From the NCBI RefSeq assembly GCF_000150275.1, contig NW_002060945.1, positions 1,244,199-1,308,198 on the forward strand: DNA of 64,000 bases. Reading direction: 5' to 3'. The position numbers and the translations under genes are program-made. Below are positions 28,607-43,600 of the stretch, piece by piece. Every line of letters starts with the position of its first letter. Positions within the stretch are counted from its first letter, which is position 1. The notes under the pieces are model-generated. The model saw nothing but the letters and a program-made list of their open reading frames with translations. It was not told the DNA's origin and did no database searches. The stretch comes from Trichoplax adhaerens (Eukaryota > Animalia > Placozoa).

Positions 28607-31600
28607 GTAAGTGATTCAAAAAGGCTTTTCTTAGGTATTTTCTAGCTTCAATAGATCATAAAGGTCCTTTTCTAGTATCATTTAATATAGACTAGATTTG
28701 ATTTTTGTAAAAGCTTTAGTTATCCTGTCTCTGATTAATTTTTCGATGACAAACCAAGTTGATAATTCTGAAACACGGCTGAGTTGTACAGTATACGAAT
28801 ATTCCGACATTAATATTCGCATTGTATTTAATACTCTCGCTTAATACCTCCCCTTCTTTGTACTTCTACATTCTTCAAGATATTTGCTACTTTTATATGT
28901 GGCATATACAAATAATAATTAATTGCTGATATAGCTATTTAGATAGTATATAGATACTTCAGTTGGATAGCTATTCCTTCCGTGGCTTTAAAATTTTACA
29001 ATTTCTATTAGTTGATCCCGCTTAGAAGCGTATCCATAACATTTTTACAATTATACAACAATTTAATAATTTTTTGCCTCTACAATATCTCCTAGATTCT
29101 ATAATGGAACTTCTGTTAGATCAATCAAAGCACAAAATTTTATGAACTACCCTAATTTGTTAAACATGTAAGTACCATAAAAAATGAAATACTATCTACT
29201 GGCCAACTTTTATCATCTTTTGCTATTTTGAGAGGAAGGATTTGATATCGTATGTATACTCGTATTTTTATAAGGAATCAGCTCACCTTTTTTTCCTATA
29301 TTTATAAAGACATTTATCTGCAAATTTTTATTTTTTGGATATCTCAGTTAACTACTACCCCAATTTAGGTATAGTATACGCATATACATTGCGCAGATCA
29401 GTTAGTTATGTAACTTTATCATTTAATGGAGATACTGGTCGGTTATACAACTAATACCAATTTATGCATAGTATAGCTTACCGTATTTTGAACGAAAGGT
29501 TAGCTATCTCAATTAGAAGCCTGATTACCGAATTACAGTTGCATAGTAAACAGGGATTAGCAAGATTTAGAAATCCTTGATGGTAAAGTAGATTACATTT
29601 TCCTATAGAGTATCTTAGTTCATTAGGCGGTGCCATTTTTTGTATATATATAATTATTTTGTAGCTATACGTATCAAGTACAACTAGCTTCCTTTAATCC
29701 TTAATTCGAGTTTAATATTGAAGTCAATTTATTTCCTATCACACCATAGCTAGCTACCTTATTCAGTTACAAAAGTTCTATATAATTTTTTTATAATTAT
29801 TGTATAGAAGGTCAGCAATCGGTAGTCATTTTATTCTCTAATTGCAATTGCATCCGGAGTAATTTGCGATTTGTATCTCAGTAAATTGTACAGGTTCATG
29901 TATAGCTAATAAACTATAACAAATATATATGCTGGTGTAATTATTTCAAATCAATCAAATCCTTGAAAAATAAATTTTTATTTTGCTTTCTTAAGAGGCT
30001 ATACTCAATCGAGCTAAACACTCGCTGCAAATATCCACTTAGAGTGGATATCAATATTTTTTTAAAATAAGCCGAAGAGAGTAAATCATTAAAGGCATTA
30101 AAGATATGAAAGCTATAGTAGAATGGAATAATATTATTTAGTCCTTGTTCGTAATACTGTAGATCATTCTCATTATTACTAGAATTTTTGCCCATAATGC
30201 CATCGAGGTCATTGAGCCAAATGCTTTCTGTGGATTAAACGGACTTCGGAATTTGTACGTATGATCATGAGTTAAATTAAAAAATAACCAATTTTCTAAG
30301 ACAAGCTATCATACTGCTACGGTATTAGTCTCAGTAAATTAATGAATAGTCGGCGAGAAGCGCTCTTATTTTGCGACTTCATCTGATCTTTTACTATCTT
30401 GTATGATTGCTATCGTGGTGAAGACGATTAAATTCCAATGGCTTGAAGCGGATTAACAATGACACTTTTGCATGTTTACCTTATTTAAAGATCCTGTAAG
30501 TTGGAGAATATAACATTAAAGCAGTGTAGTTTTAATTATTATTAGCTTATAATATTGCTACTTCTACCGTACCCGATGTAAATCGCTTGGTTGCAACATT
30601 TGAATAGCCAATAAAGTTTATTTCAATCTTGATAGCCTTAAAATTAGCTTATGATCCGATATTGCGACTGATTTATGGCTCATTGGAATATAAATCTATT
30701 TTTTCTCCTATAGCAATATGGATTATAACGATATCGATGCGATCGAATCGCGAGCACTGTGTGGACTGAAAAATCTAGAGACCTTGTAAGGCGTTCTTAG
30801 AAACTTGTTGCCAATGTAAAACTTTTCCATTCCAAAAAAGCATTCAGATAGCTTGATTTAGACACAGAGAACTCCTGATACATAATTTATTGCATCCTGA
30901 TTTATCTAAAGAATGAATTGATTGAAATGCTTGTTAATTGATTGGTCCTTCTTTATGGATTTACGTAGGCATTTAACTAGCAATAATCTGAAATCCATAC
31001 CGCAAGATACGTTTTCTTGCCTAACGACATTAAAATTTCTGTAAGTGTTTGTAAATAAATATTTGTACGGTAATACTATGTATGTCTGATAGTGACTATG
31101 TAGATTATAAGACTGGTTAAAGTCAAATATCTATTCTTTAACTAGAATCAATCAATTAAAATAAAACTTATTAAACGCATTCCATGCACATATATATAAA
31201 TTTTATTACTATTGTTTTCAAGATTAGAACTACTGTACATTTCATAAACGATTTGTTTCTGGCAACCAGCAAGATTATGCCAGCTACATTTTATGATTCA
31301 TAAAATGAGTAATATTAATGGTTTTGGGTTATGCAGAGCTATGCTTGATAGTCAGTGATTTTAAATAATACGTACAATGTAGTTAGCAACTCTGATCGAA
31401 ATTATCTAACCAGTGTTATAATTTTAATTTCGTAAACTCGTAAATAAAAATTTCCATCGATTTTACCTCCTAAAGAACGTCAATCGTATTACATACATCG
31501 ATAGAATTTTATTTAAGGAATCGAATCGTCACCTAAGTCTGACAAGCATTAATACAATTCAATTGTTTGCAGATATTTAGATTATAATGGCGTAGGAGTA

Positions 31601-34600
31601 ATTGATCCGAAGATGTTTTGTGGACTGAATTATCTAAAGACATTGTGAGTACAATTAACGTTTCTTCTGTTGTATCGCTCCTATTTATCGGAGAATTAGG
31701 AAAATGAATTAATTTTAAACTGATGAGATAAATGACATTTCTAACTCAGTGATGATGATATAGCTAACCCATTTTATCCATGATGGATTACGTTTTCGTA
31801 CCTTTGAATAGATCTCTTACTGGTAATCAAATTAAAAAAGTATCGAACGAAACTCTGGCATATTTAGATTCATTGACAACTCTGTAAGTTAAAATAGGAC
31901 CACGAGAATATAGTGACACTAGTGGAAAAAAGTTACTATAGTCGTGTAGATATGCTTCGTAGATCCGATATCTGATGATTCACAACGACAGAATAAGAGA
32001 TAGTCTTAATGAAATTATAATTACATTCTAAGCTGAACTAATATAAATCTGCCTAAAGTTCTGAAAATACTTTATATTTTATGACATTTCCTGGGATTTT
32101 AACTATATTTGTACTTCTCTTTTAAACCGTTTAGGAATTTAGGCTTTAACGATATTGATACATTAGATAATAATCCATTTTGTGGCATAATGGGCTTGCA
32201 ATTTCTGTAAGTTGCATTATAAAATTTTTGTATGATCAAAAAGAAATACTATGTGCAATTAAGAAATTAATTCATATCAACGTTAATTCAATTTTAAACA
32301 TTTTCTAATTATAATTAATTTCTTCAAATTCTAATAGTCAACTAACCAGTAACAAGATAAAAATTTTACGCAATAGAAGTTTGACATGCCTTCAGTCATT
32401 GCTGTTTTTGTAAGTTGTAATTTGCTATTTGGAAATTTATATTTTTATCCTTTGATTTTATACAAATTCAGTAGTAAATATCCATATTAGTCATTAATAT
32501 GGCTTATTTACACGTACATGCTACCATAGCTATGATTGCCAGTCTTATTATCTGAATGGGGAAAACAAGCTCAATCAAGCTTTTAACTAATAAAATAGTA
32601 AATCTTGTATAACTATTTTAGACATATTAATTAATTTTGTTTATTAATGTTTTGATCATTAAAATAAGATGTAGCAATACTTTTACATGCTAGAGTAAAT
32701 ATTTTACGCAATTATAGAAATATTATGATAGCTAGTTCCAAATTATGGCCCATTTTTACTGTTGATGCTGAATAGAGCAGTTATAACATATTTTCTTTTT
32801 CCTTTTTTTAAACTTGGATCTGAACGAAAGATCTCTTGATCATAATTCGATCGATACTGTTGAAGAAGATACATTTTCAGGATTGCGACAATTAATCAAA
32901 TTGTAAGTTTACTGACGAATTATTCTACTATTGGATATCAGTTCTTTTGCTAGCTTAGAATTAGTAACAGCGTATCTTGCTGCTATTCTTATTTATACGA
33001 TTCAATAACATTATGACTATTTTTAAAATAAAACAGCAACTAATTGAATTTATACTGTACAGATAGCCATATAACATTAGTATTTAATACGGCAATTTCT
33101 TATATTATGACTGATAATAATAATTATAGTAAATATGATGAGTTCTCTACACTGCTGTTAGTTTATTTAGTTATAACTCACAGCATTAGCTAGCTTTACC
33201 TACATCAAACCAGTATGAAAGGTTTTTATGTTAAATTACAAATTATCTGCTCAAACTACACCTAACTTTTACTTGAATTTGCGTTATTTGAAGAGATTTA
33301 TCAGCGAATCTTTTAAGGAGGGTACCGTCAAGCTTTTTTAGAGATCTCACATCATTGATATATTTGTAAGTATAATAACTACATAACTAAATTCAGTAAA
33401 ACTAAATATAGCAATTTACGTAGTATCATAAAATAGATCCAGAGCCGTGATGACGGTTAAGATTTAAATATAAAGTTCATGACTATTTGTGTTTTAATCA
33501 TGGACTTTGTATCCTTATTGTAGGGATCTCGATTATAATCTTATCGAAAGCATTGAGCCAAAATCCTTTTGTGGAATCAATCGGTTGCAAACTTTGTGAG
33601 TTAATACGATCATTTATAAGAACCTTCAAATTCCAGTACATGATTTCAAACAATAACTGATTAATATTGAGGTAATAAATGCATTAATTTGCTTTTTCCC
33701 AATAATCGCAATGATTAGGCTCTTAAATGGCAATAAAATCAAAGAAATAAAGTTGGAATCTAGTTTGGCCTGTCTATCTTCGCTACNNNNNNNNNNNNNN
33801 NNNNNNNNNNNNNNNNNNNNNNNNNNNNNNNNNNNNAGCCATGAATGCAGTAATACTAAAATTATCTTGTAAATGCTAGCCGATCATTCGCTGATTCTAG
33901 TTTTGTCACACGGCATCAATCAGTTCTTTGTTGTTCATGTACCCTTTCCATGATTGAGTTCATTTCTTACCTTTACTACTACGTAATATCACTATGTTAA
34001 ACAGTACACAGCGAATATATATACAAATACTAGTATTAGCTGTGTCGATGGATTGTTAAAATTTACCTTTTAGCTACAGATACTGATGGGCAAAATTACT
34101 CAATCAATGATTTATTTGTGATTGGTTCTATTTACATCGGGTTGCTTTTTCTATTCCTATAGAAATCTTCAGCACAATTTTATAAGCAGAATAGATTCTC
34201 GGTCTTTTTGTCATTTAGATAAACTAGCTCATCTGTAAGTCTTGATTTATTATTGTCTTATTAACTGTTAATACCAATTATTTGGGGGATCATTAATAGC
34301 AGTCATATCCTTAATCAACTCAGAAAACAATTGTTACAAATATGTAGATAGCATCGACTGATAATTTTTTCATATTTGTATTTGTAAGGTTCCTGCAGAA
34401 TAATTTTTTAAGCAAAATAGATTCTGGAGATTTTGATTGCCTTCCGCAATTAAAGACATTGTATGTAGCTTGCAATCAATCTATAAGATGATTTAGCTGA
34501 TTCAATTATTAACTTTATCAGCGCTGTAAATTTTATATTGCTTTACTAATATTCTGGCTTACGCATTTAATAATTAGGCGTTTATCATTTAACTCGATAA

Positions 34601-37600
34601 ATACAATAGCTGCTAATTCATTTTGCGGAGCCCAAATGATACAAGAACTGTAAGCAAAAGCCAATTTTATTATTTCATGTTCTATCATACTTAATATGAC
34701 GGTGTGCTTGATTCTGGGATCCAAGTAGTTGCAGACTAGTCAACCCCTAAATTAGCCTTTCATGTATCTTCTTAACTGTCCTCGCTAGATTACTGGAAGG
34801 AAATGAATTAAAAGAACTACACAATGATAGTTTTGCCTGTCTTTCATCTTTGACGAACTTGTAAGTTTCTAAAATCAATTAGATGGTTAGCCATAGATTT
34901 CTTTAGTTGAAGTAGAAAGCTGTGGTAGTCAACAGAAATTTTGATGATAACATCTGTGTTAATTAATGAGCGAATACACATCTTTTAGTACAAAATATCC
35001 GACATATAGCGCTTTCATTTAAAATATATGCAGAACGAACTATTAATTTCTCTAGCTGGGTGTAGATGATGAATATAATCGACATATTTCAAGCAATATA
35101 GATTACCTAAATTTAAGGCAAATAATAGCTCATAAACTTACAAATTAGAGACATTGACTTCGCCAAGTTGGAAACAATCCATCCAAGGACATTCTGCCCA
35201 TTATCAAGTATCGTAGATTTGTAAGTCATTAATCGATTTCTATCTACCCTAAATGATGATCATAACATTTTAATATCAGTACGGGATACAATTGGCCTAC
35301 TATAATATTCAAATGATACATATTAGGCACTTGGAAGGTAACCGTTTAACAGAACTTTGGTATGATAGCCTCGCATGCCTAGGATCCATTACAGGATTGT
35401 AAGTAGTTGTATAAACACGTTCGCTATCTATCAACAGCTTGTATTTTAACTGCCGTCACTTGCTAGATCGCTGAACGGAAATAATATTCAAGAGCTGCCA
35501 CCGAGGAGTTTTGAAACGTTAATATCCTTGAAAACGCTGTAAGACAGAAATTTTCGTAATATTTCGCTATATCCTGCCATGAATCGCTAACACTCCAGAT
35601 CTATGTCGATTAACATTATTAACGTAAAATATTTATAAGGAACTGTAATATCGTTTCCACAGTAATTTTAGTCCACAGAGGAATCCAGTACTATAAAAGC
35701 TTTTTATTACAAGGTTCTAAAGAATAGTACAGCAATAATTAATTACTCACAAGAATCTAGTCTAAAGTAATCTGAGCTCAATTAGATATCAAATCTTTTC
35801 TCCTCCTTTACGCTCAGATTTGTACACCTTATATACTTTTCTCTGAATCTATTTAAGGCAATAACATCGTCTACAATCAGACATGAATCATCACTACATT
35901 TTACAGTATTAATCAAACTGCTTACAATATTATTACTTTACCATTAATGTCCAACACCGTAAGGTATTGGGCATCTTTACAATCTTAGTATTTCAAGTCG
36001 TATAACGTCCTGTACCATAATTAGTTAACAGCTATATTAGTGAATAACACTTTCTAATATAGTAGTTACCAGTCACCTAAATCTAGCAGCACAAGAATAT
36101 CTATTTTTAGAAACTTAACTATTCTAAATATAGTACACAACACAATCAAATATAGCTATCGCTACAAGCAAATATAGGGTGCATCACTACAGGAACTAAC
36201 TATTCTGAGCGTACCCAACTATTAAATTTTCGTATTGGAGTTTTCATCATAACCATCTCCTTCGTCTTCATGCCGTATTTAATAACGTAATTGTAGCCAT
36301 TAGCGCGTTGTAAAATATTTGCTTACTCTGACATGCCATAAAATATACCAATATATTTGATATAGCTACATATCAAAAAGTTATAGAAATTTCTTAGTTA
36401 GAACAAAATACTTATAATAGATTGAGAGCTAGCGAAACAGATCTAAAATTAAAGCTGCGATAAACTACTAATTTTTGGCTGATATTTTTAAATAGGGAAA
36501 TCAGTAACTGCGAACTGACTGTCATAAATGAATATCAATTTATTGGTCTTATTAGTTTGGAGAAACTGTAATTGGATTAAACGTTTATAATATATATATA
36601 TATTATATTTAGATTCTCGGCGCTTTACCCAGACTATAATAAAATGTTAGTGATGCCTTAATAACGTGACTTAATAATCATTTATTCAAATAAATACTAG
36701 GGTATTAAGGTCTAATAATATCCATACCATTTTGAAGACAGCATTTGACGGACTGGATACATTGCAACGTTTGTAAGTTGGTTTGGATATTAAATCTTGT
36801 GCAGCGTTTAATAACATTATAGTAAATAAATACTTTCGAAATACATTTCATTTTGATGTTATAACTTCATTCTGTAGGAAATGGATTCTAAAAATATTCT
36901 TTGGATCATTTAACAGTATACTTTTATTGCAATTAGAGACTTGACTGACAACGCATTATTTGCCTTAAACTCGACAACATTTCAAAATTTAACTGCGTTG
37001 CAGGAACTGTAAGTTACCAAATACCAATTACTACTCGTGTGCTGTAATTTTAACCCAAAGAGTTAAGCAGCCATTGTATAAGCATCTTTACCCGTACAGA
37101 AATACTATAGCATAATTGAATATAATAAATTTAAACCCATTACAAATAAATATTACTTACAGAAAACCACTCAATGAGTAGATTTAATATTGAAATAGAC
37201 GAGTCTTGGTTTACGATACCGGATAATTACTATAATAAAACTTGAAGTAATCATTGTAACTTTGCTATAAAATTTACTCTCTTTGATAAGTTTTAGCTAA
37301 TTGAAAATATAACTGCTATGATTCGCGATTAGATATTTAGATGAGAATACCATTAAGAACTTGGAAGCGAAACAATTTGAAAACCTATGTAATTTACGAT
37401 TTTTGTAAGTTTACTCTAAAGCATTTAGGATTTACGATATATTTGATACTAGATATGGTATCGTAAGTGCGGTATATTCGTTTAGTAACTATGTTCTAGT
37501 TTAATATTTGATGGAATTTGCTTAGTTCTGCGATGTCTATGAAAAATTCGAATAGATATCGCAAGAGTAGGTGTTTCATTTGTCAGCTATACACTTGATA

Positions 37601-40600
37601 TCAGAAATACAATTGCGAAGATTAAATACTCAATCTTCTCTAATATACTATAGGATATATGTCAACAAAGAATTTGAAATTTTATAAAAATACAAACGTT
37701 ATTTTCTAAATTTCGATAATGTTTGTGTAGTGTTTAGGACTAGCTACATAGCTAAGAGTAAACAGTTGTGCGTAGCTGTCCATGACAGATGTTGCAAAGA
37801 AATTCCTTTAACGCAATATAATAATAGATGTTAAATTCCATGCGTATAAATAAAATTTATTTGAAGATGAATCTCATCGTTTGCTGCATATTAAACTTTA
37901 ATAAAATTACTAAGTCTATGGTAATTATTCAATATTAGATCGTTAAAAACTAATGGAATCGTAAGTGTGCATCCTGAAGCATTCTTTGGATTGCATAATC
38001 TCAAGAGATTGTAAGCATCGAATGATTATTATTATCTCTAGATTTAACGTTGAATCCTACATTACCATGTTGGATATTATTACTTACCAATTAATAAAAA
38101 TTACATCTGTAAATATCGTCTATAATTAAAATCTGTATTTGTTTCAGCCTTTACTTCTGTGATATTTTTTAGACAGCTCGATGGCAATCGTATCATCAAT
38201 ATAAAGGATTTAAAGTTACCGGATGCTTTGACATTGGATATTTTGTAAGCAAAATTAATTAGGAATTTAGTCTACAAAACACTAAAATTAATTCGATAAA
38301 GTAGGTAAGGTTATAAATTTGACTGATATTTGAAAGTAAATTTAGCGTTAATGTCAGCGAATTTATATATTGCTCATCTTTGTTATGAATAGTAACAGAA
38401 TATATCGTTGCTTTTAATTGTGGATATAGAAGCTTATCCAAATCTAACTTGCAAAATCTTGCAAAATTTGAAACTCTACTGAGCAATGTAACGGTGAAAA
38501 TAATGTAAGCACCATCGAATTCACACGCATTTTATAATTCCTAATATAACTAGCAAGATAATGTCGACGAACTATATTATAATATATCAAAATATCAATT
38601 ATATCTCTTCATTTTCAAGGCACACTGCTCCATGCTCGGTTTAATCTTAATCTAGTATAAGTTAATCTTTTTTTTCTCTATCTTGTCACTTATTTCAGGG
38701 ATTTATCCGATAATTTATTTCATGAAAATACTAATTTTCACTTCTATGATTATCAATCCTTGTAAGTTTGTAAATATCTAGTTGATAGCTATATATTTCA
38801 CGTATTTTAATCAGCAAAAATGGCCCATTTAATAGATTAGAACCGTTGTTACTCAATCTTACTAAAAATTATCTACCTGCAAGTAAAATTTTGTTCTTGT
38901 ACTTTTATCGTGCATATAAGAGAAAGTGTGGAGAGCTAGCGCCATCTTATAAGAATTAATTGTAGTTTAAAGTTAAACGCTTAGTATAAGAGCAATTTTT
39001 TTTACAATTTTTTCTCTAGAAATTTATCCTATAATTTCTTACAAGAAGATTTTCCCCTGAATTTCTCTAATATTCCATCGCTACGTCATTTGTGAGTAAA
39101 TTCTAGCGAATCGAAAATAAAATAGCTAGAAAATTCAAACTTTGGAGTAGGATGTGCTTAAAGTTAAAATATAATATTTATGTACAGTAAAATGCAATCT
39201 TGACCTCCAATCATTCTGGGTATTATTTTCATGCAATTTATGGAAGAGTTAATCATTGTTAGTATAGTGTTAGTCTGTTAGTAATCATACTCAGATTCAG
39301 TCTTGGATTTTTGCAATAGCATGTGCATGAGGTATATGTTATCCGTTAGAGTCAATTTTTTAAAGACACCGCCATGCACAACTTGCAACATTTTCATGAA
39401 GGTATTTACCACTTAAAGCCAACATTTTCGTTGTATTATCTTTTATTTACAGAGATTTAACTGGAAATCGATATCGACACATTAATGAACGTTTCATGGC
39501 CGTATGGAAAGGATCAATAATGCTATCAATGTAGGCTTAGGAAGGGTGTAATCTATTTTGGTTAAATGAATATGATATTCTTTATAGCAATCCAATTTAA
39601 TGATATTCAATTGAAAAAGTAGTGGATCTAATTTAAAAGACCACAATATCATTCCTTGACTACTTCAATTTTAATTTAAGTAACATTTCATCGAATTCAT
39701 TGGAATCGATTGAAGCTGATACATTTAAGTCTTTGACTGAGCTCAATTCGTTGTATGTATCCTTCTTTGCGTTACATTTTTCTTATTGAATTTATATCGA
39801 AAAGTATTGATAAATACAAACGGATATTGCCTAATAGATATTTGCGAAACAATTATTTGACCAAAATGACCTTTATACGACCTTTATCTAAACTCAGTAT
39901 CCTGTAAGTACTTATTCTCATTATCAATTTGGAATCACAGTTTTATTAACATATAAACTACTTCAAAATGTAGTCAAATATATATTTAGACAGACAAATG
40001 GCGGTATTAATGTACCGATACTGCAGAATATTATATAACTTTGAATCAGATATTTAATACTGTGCTTATTCGATGATTAAATTATACCTATTAGCATTCA
40101 TAAGTTGGAATAATTAGAAGTTATTAAACTTCAGAGAGGATTAACTGATGGTATAATTATTAAGATAACATTATATTTAAATTATTTATAGATCGCTGGG
40201 TAGAAATAATTTTAAAACATTGGATAAAGAGGATTTCATGAACTTAACTGATTTGCGAGAACTGTAAGCTACAGCAATCGCTAAACCTGTTTCTAATTTC
40301 CTTAGTTTAAAGTTATCAGCTATATTCTATAGATTTGTGTTTGATGTCGCTCGAATGCTTCTATTAAATTTCTGACTTACTTTAGTTACTTGGATAACAA
40401 CCGAATTGGATACCTACGTGGAAACTATTTTGAAAATATCCAGCTAACTACTCTGTAACAGAAAATTTTCTTATGATAATAATCATGTAGCTAGGTCACG
40501 ATTTAAATTGAGGAAATTAATTTTAAATCGTGCTATGGGGATACTAGGTCTCTGGAAAATAATATGATATCGTCAGTTGTTGATGTTTTTACCAATTCCT

Positions 40601-43600
40601 CATCGCTAAAGACTTTGTAAGCTTCACATAACTTATACTAATTCTACTGGGTATTTTCAATACATCTATAGACAAGTGTAGAAATTTATAATTTCATGCA
40701 TATATATTAGATAAGTGTAGATGAAAGAATCCATCATTTATTCCTTCTTCATTATGCTATTATAATGAAACGGATCTTAGATTTATTTCTATTCATTACT
40801 ATACTTTGGCTAAATCGTGGTTTTAACAACTACTTCAATAATACTAATTGTTTATCAAATAAGGAACTTAAATAGCAACCTGATAGAGAATATTGACAAT
40901 ATCTTCCATGAATCAATGGCACAAGTGAATGCTATGTAAGCATCCAAGAATTTATTGCATTGATAGATCAAGATGAAGTACTCTAACTAATTTCGACATG
41001 ATATAGTTATCTACGCGATAACAGGATCAAGGCATGGAGTGGTGGTCCGTTTCGTCACTCTCCTATTCTGGCTATACTGTAAGTTTGTCTTGCCTTCCAG
41101 CTACGGAATATCACTCTTAATAATTGATTCACTGGAATAAGAGCTATTTAATTCTTTTGATTAATTTCCTACTTGGCACTGTCTAAAAACATCTGAATCT
41201 TTATAGAGATCTTAGCGAAAATCTGTTGACGGAAGTTAGCGATCTGGGACTTGCTTCTATGAGTCAATTGTAAGTATATATATACATATACTTATCAGTT
41301 ATATGATATTAAAATTATAGTATCAAACTTAGACTATGCTATTAAAAATAAGCAACGATTTCAATAAGAATACTATGATAATCTATCAAATTTTGATGTT
41401 CTTGCAGTAATATAATTAATGAGATAGCGCTCGGTATCATTTTCGGTTCTATATTTTATTCATAAATATTCTACTTACAATTGAAGAAATTTTCTCTCCT
41501 ACAAATTTTAGAGATCTGCAAGGTAATGAAATTAATTACTTATCCTGCCGTGGATTACCAACTGCCTTAAAATCGCTGTAAGCAATATCAAGAATTAGTT
41601 ACTAATTTCAATTTGAGACTAAATCAAGACTGATAACATTACTATATGATATAATATTCGGATTTAATGAAGTTATTGGACATTTTAAATTTTTATATCA
41701 GTAATTTGGCCTACAACAACATTAAGAAAATTGACTCTGATTGCGACACCTTATTCCAACAAATAAATGAATTGTATGATTTTCAGTTTTAGAATTGTTT
41801 TATTTCAATGATGCCAATACTTGCCTAATTTTGAAGTTTATTTTGAATTTGTAGCGACATTAGTTTTAATAACTTAGTTTCCAACGGCATGAATATTAAA
41901 GAATCGGTACTTGATAAACTGAAGCAAATCCTAGTCTTGTACGTACAGCATGTTTAATTTATTATCCTCATGCTATTGTAGTCAATCACTTGGCAATATT
42001 TTCCAATATGGATATAGACTTGACCTAGTAAATTTTAAATTCTTGCTATCGGTTTGTTATTTTTGAATCAGTTTAATTACTATAGTTGGATTGAGAAAGA
42101 TTTAGGGAAAGTAACAACTAGATAGTAACTTACTCTTGATAAATTTTTAGATCAGAAGATTAATTAAATTGACTTAAAGTAGTTGAAAGTTCAATAAACG
42201 TCATGAATATATTCTGAATAATGTAATATTCACTTTTTGTATAGCTAAATAATACTAATTTATATTCATTAAGGGTGATCTTCTTCTAATATGTTTACCT
42301 TATCTTAATGAAATATGTTCATGGGCTTATTCCTAACTAAAGAAATATCGCTGGCAATAATATTACGCGTATACGGCATAAAACAACCTTCAATCAATAT
42401 CGGCGATTGTAAGTTCATCATCGGAATTTTATAATGTCATTTCAAACTACGGTAACAAGTATTATATTTAAACTATGATAGTTTAAGTCACTTATTTCCT
42501 TACACAGTAGATATAACTCTCATTTCCAATAAATACATCGAAAAGTTTCTATATTCTAGCCAAGAATAAACTTAAAATACGCATATACAGTTGAAGAGTA
42601 TAAAAGCAGTTTGATGCAAAGGGCTAGTCCAAAAATTTTAATGGTTGCGCATCCTACTGCAGCATTCCCTCCTTACTTAGCCAACTGCGACTTTTTGTAA
42701 AGCATAAAGTTGGATGATGTATTTTCGATATACTGACATTAAGCTGAGAAGATATATGCTTTGTAATAGCACAGTTTAAAGTAGCTCTTTCTTTTAACTA
42801 AGGATAACTTTTTAATATCTTGAGCGTAATACTTTTGATATACTGAAATTAACCTCGAAAATTTAGGATTTACACCAGAATTCTGTAGGTATTAAGCTTC
42901 TTTTCCTAATCAACTATGGTCTTTATAATACTATAATTAGAAACATTAGCTATAATCCGATGACACTGACAGAACTATCTGAATTTATGGGAAGAGGAAC
43001 AAGCTATCTTATGATGATGTAAGCCATTTCCATGCGTTAATACGAATGAATTTTTGTTGCTTTCATGTCGTATAGAATCTAAACCTACGGTATTTATTTT
43101 CTTGCAGTTAGATTATAATAGCAACTACTACTCTATTTTAGCCACTAAATGATTTAAATTTAGTTCAATGAGTCAATTTTCAGTTCTTTGTATCTTCAAC
43201 AAGATCCTTCCATTTACAGCTTTTGTGGCAAAATTTGCATCAAAGATCGACTATAAACGTTAAATACGATAAAATATAAAGCGAAATTTACTATTATGTA
43301 ATTTGCTTTTACTGTATTATTAATTTAATATTTTGAGTGTCATACTGCAGTAGTGATAGACTCGAAATGCTGCAGTAAAATTTTTACTTTACAATCAGGT
43401 AATAAATAGAAACGTAATCCGATAGAACTGTAAATTGGGCAATATGTAAAATGCTAATTTGAGAAAATTTAAACACAATCTATCAGAATATTTAATCCCT
43501 TCAAGACTAACTGCTTTAATAGAAAATGGATATATTCAGTTACTCGTTAAATTTCACTTTGAAGCTTGACATTATCTTCATTGATTAATGATTTTTGGTA

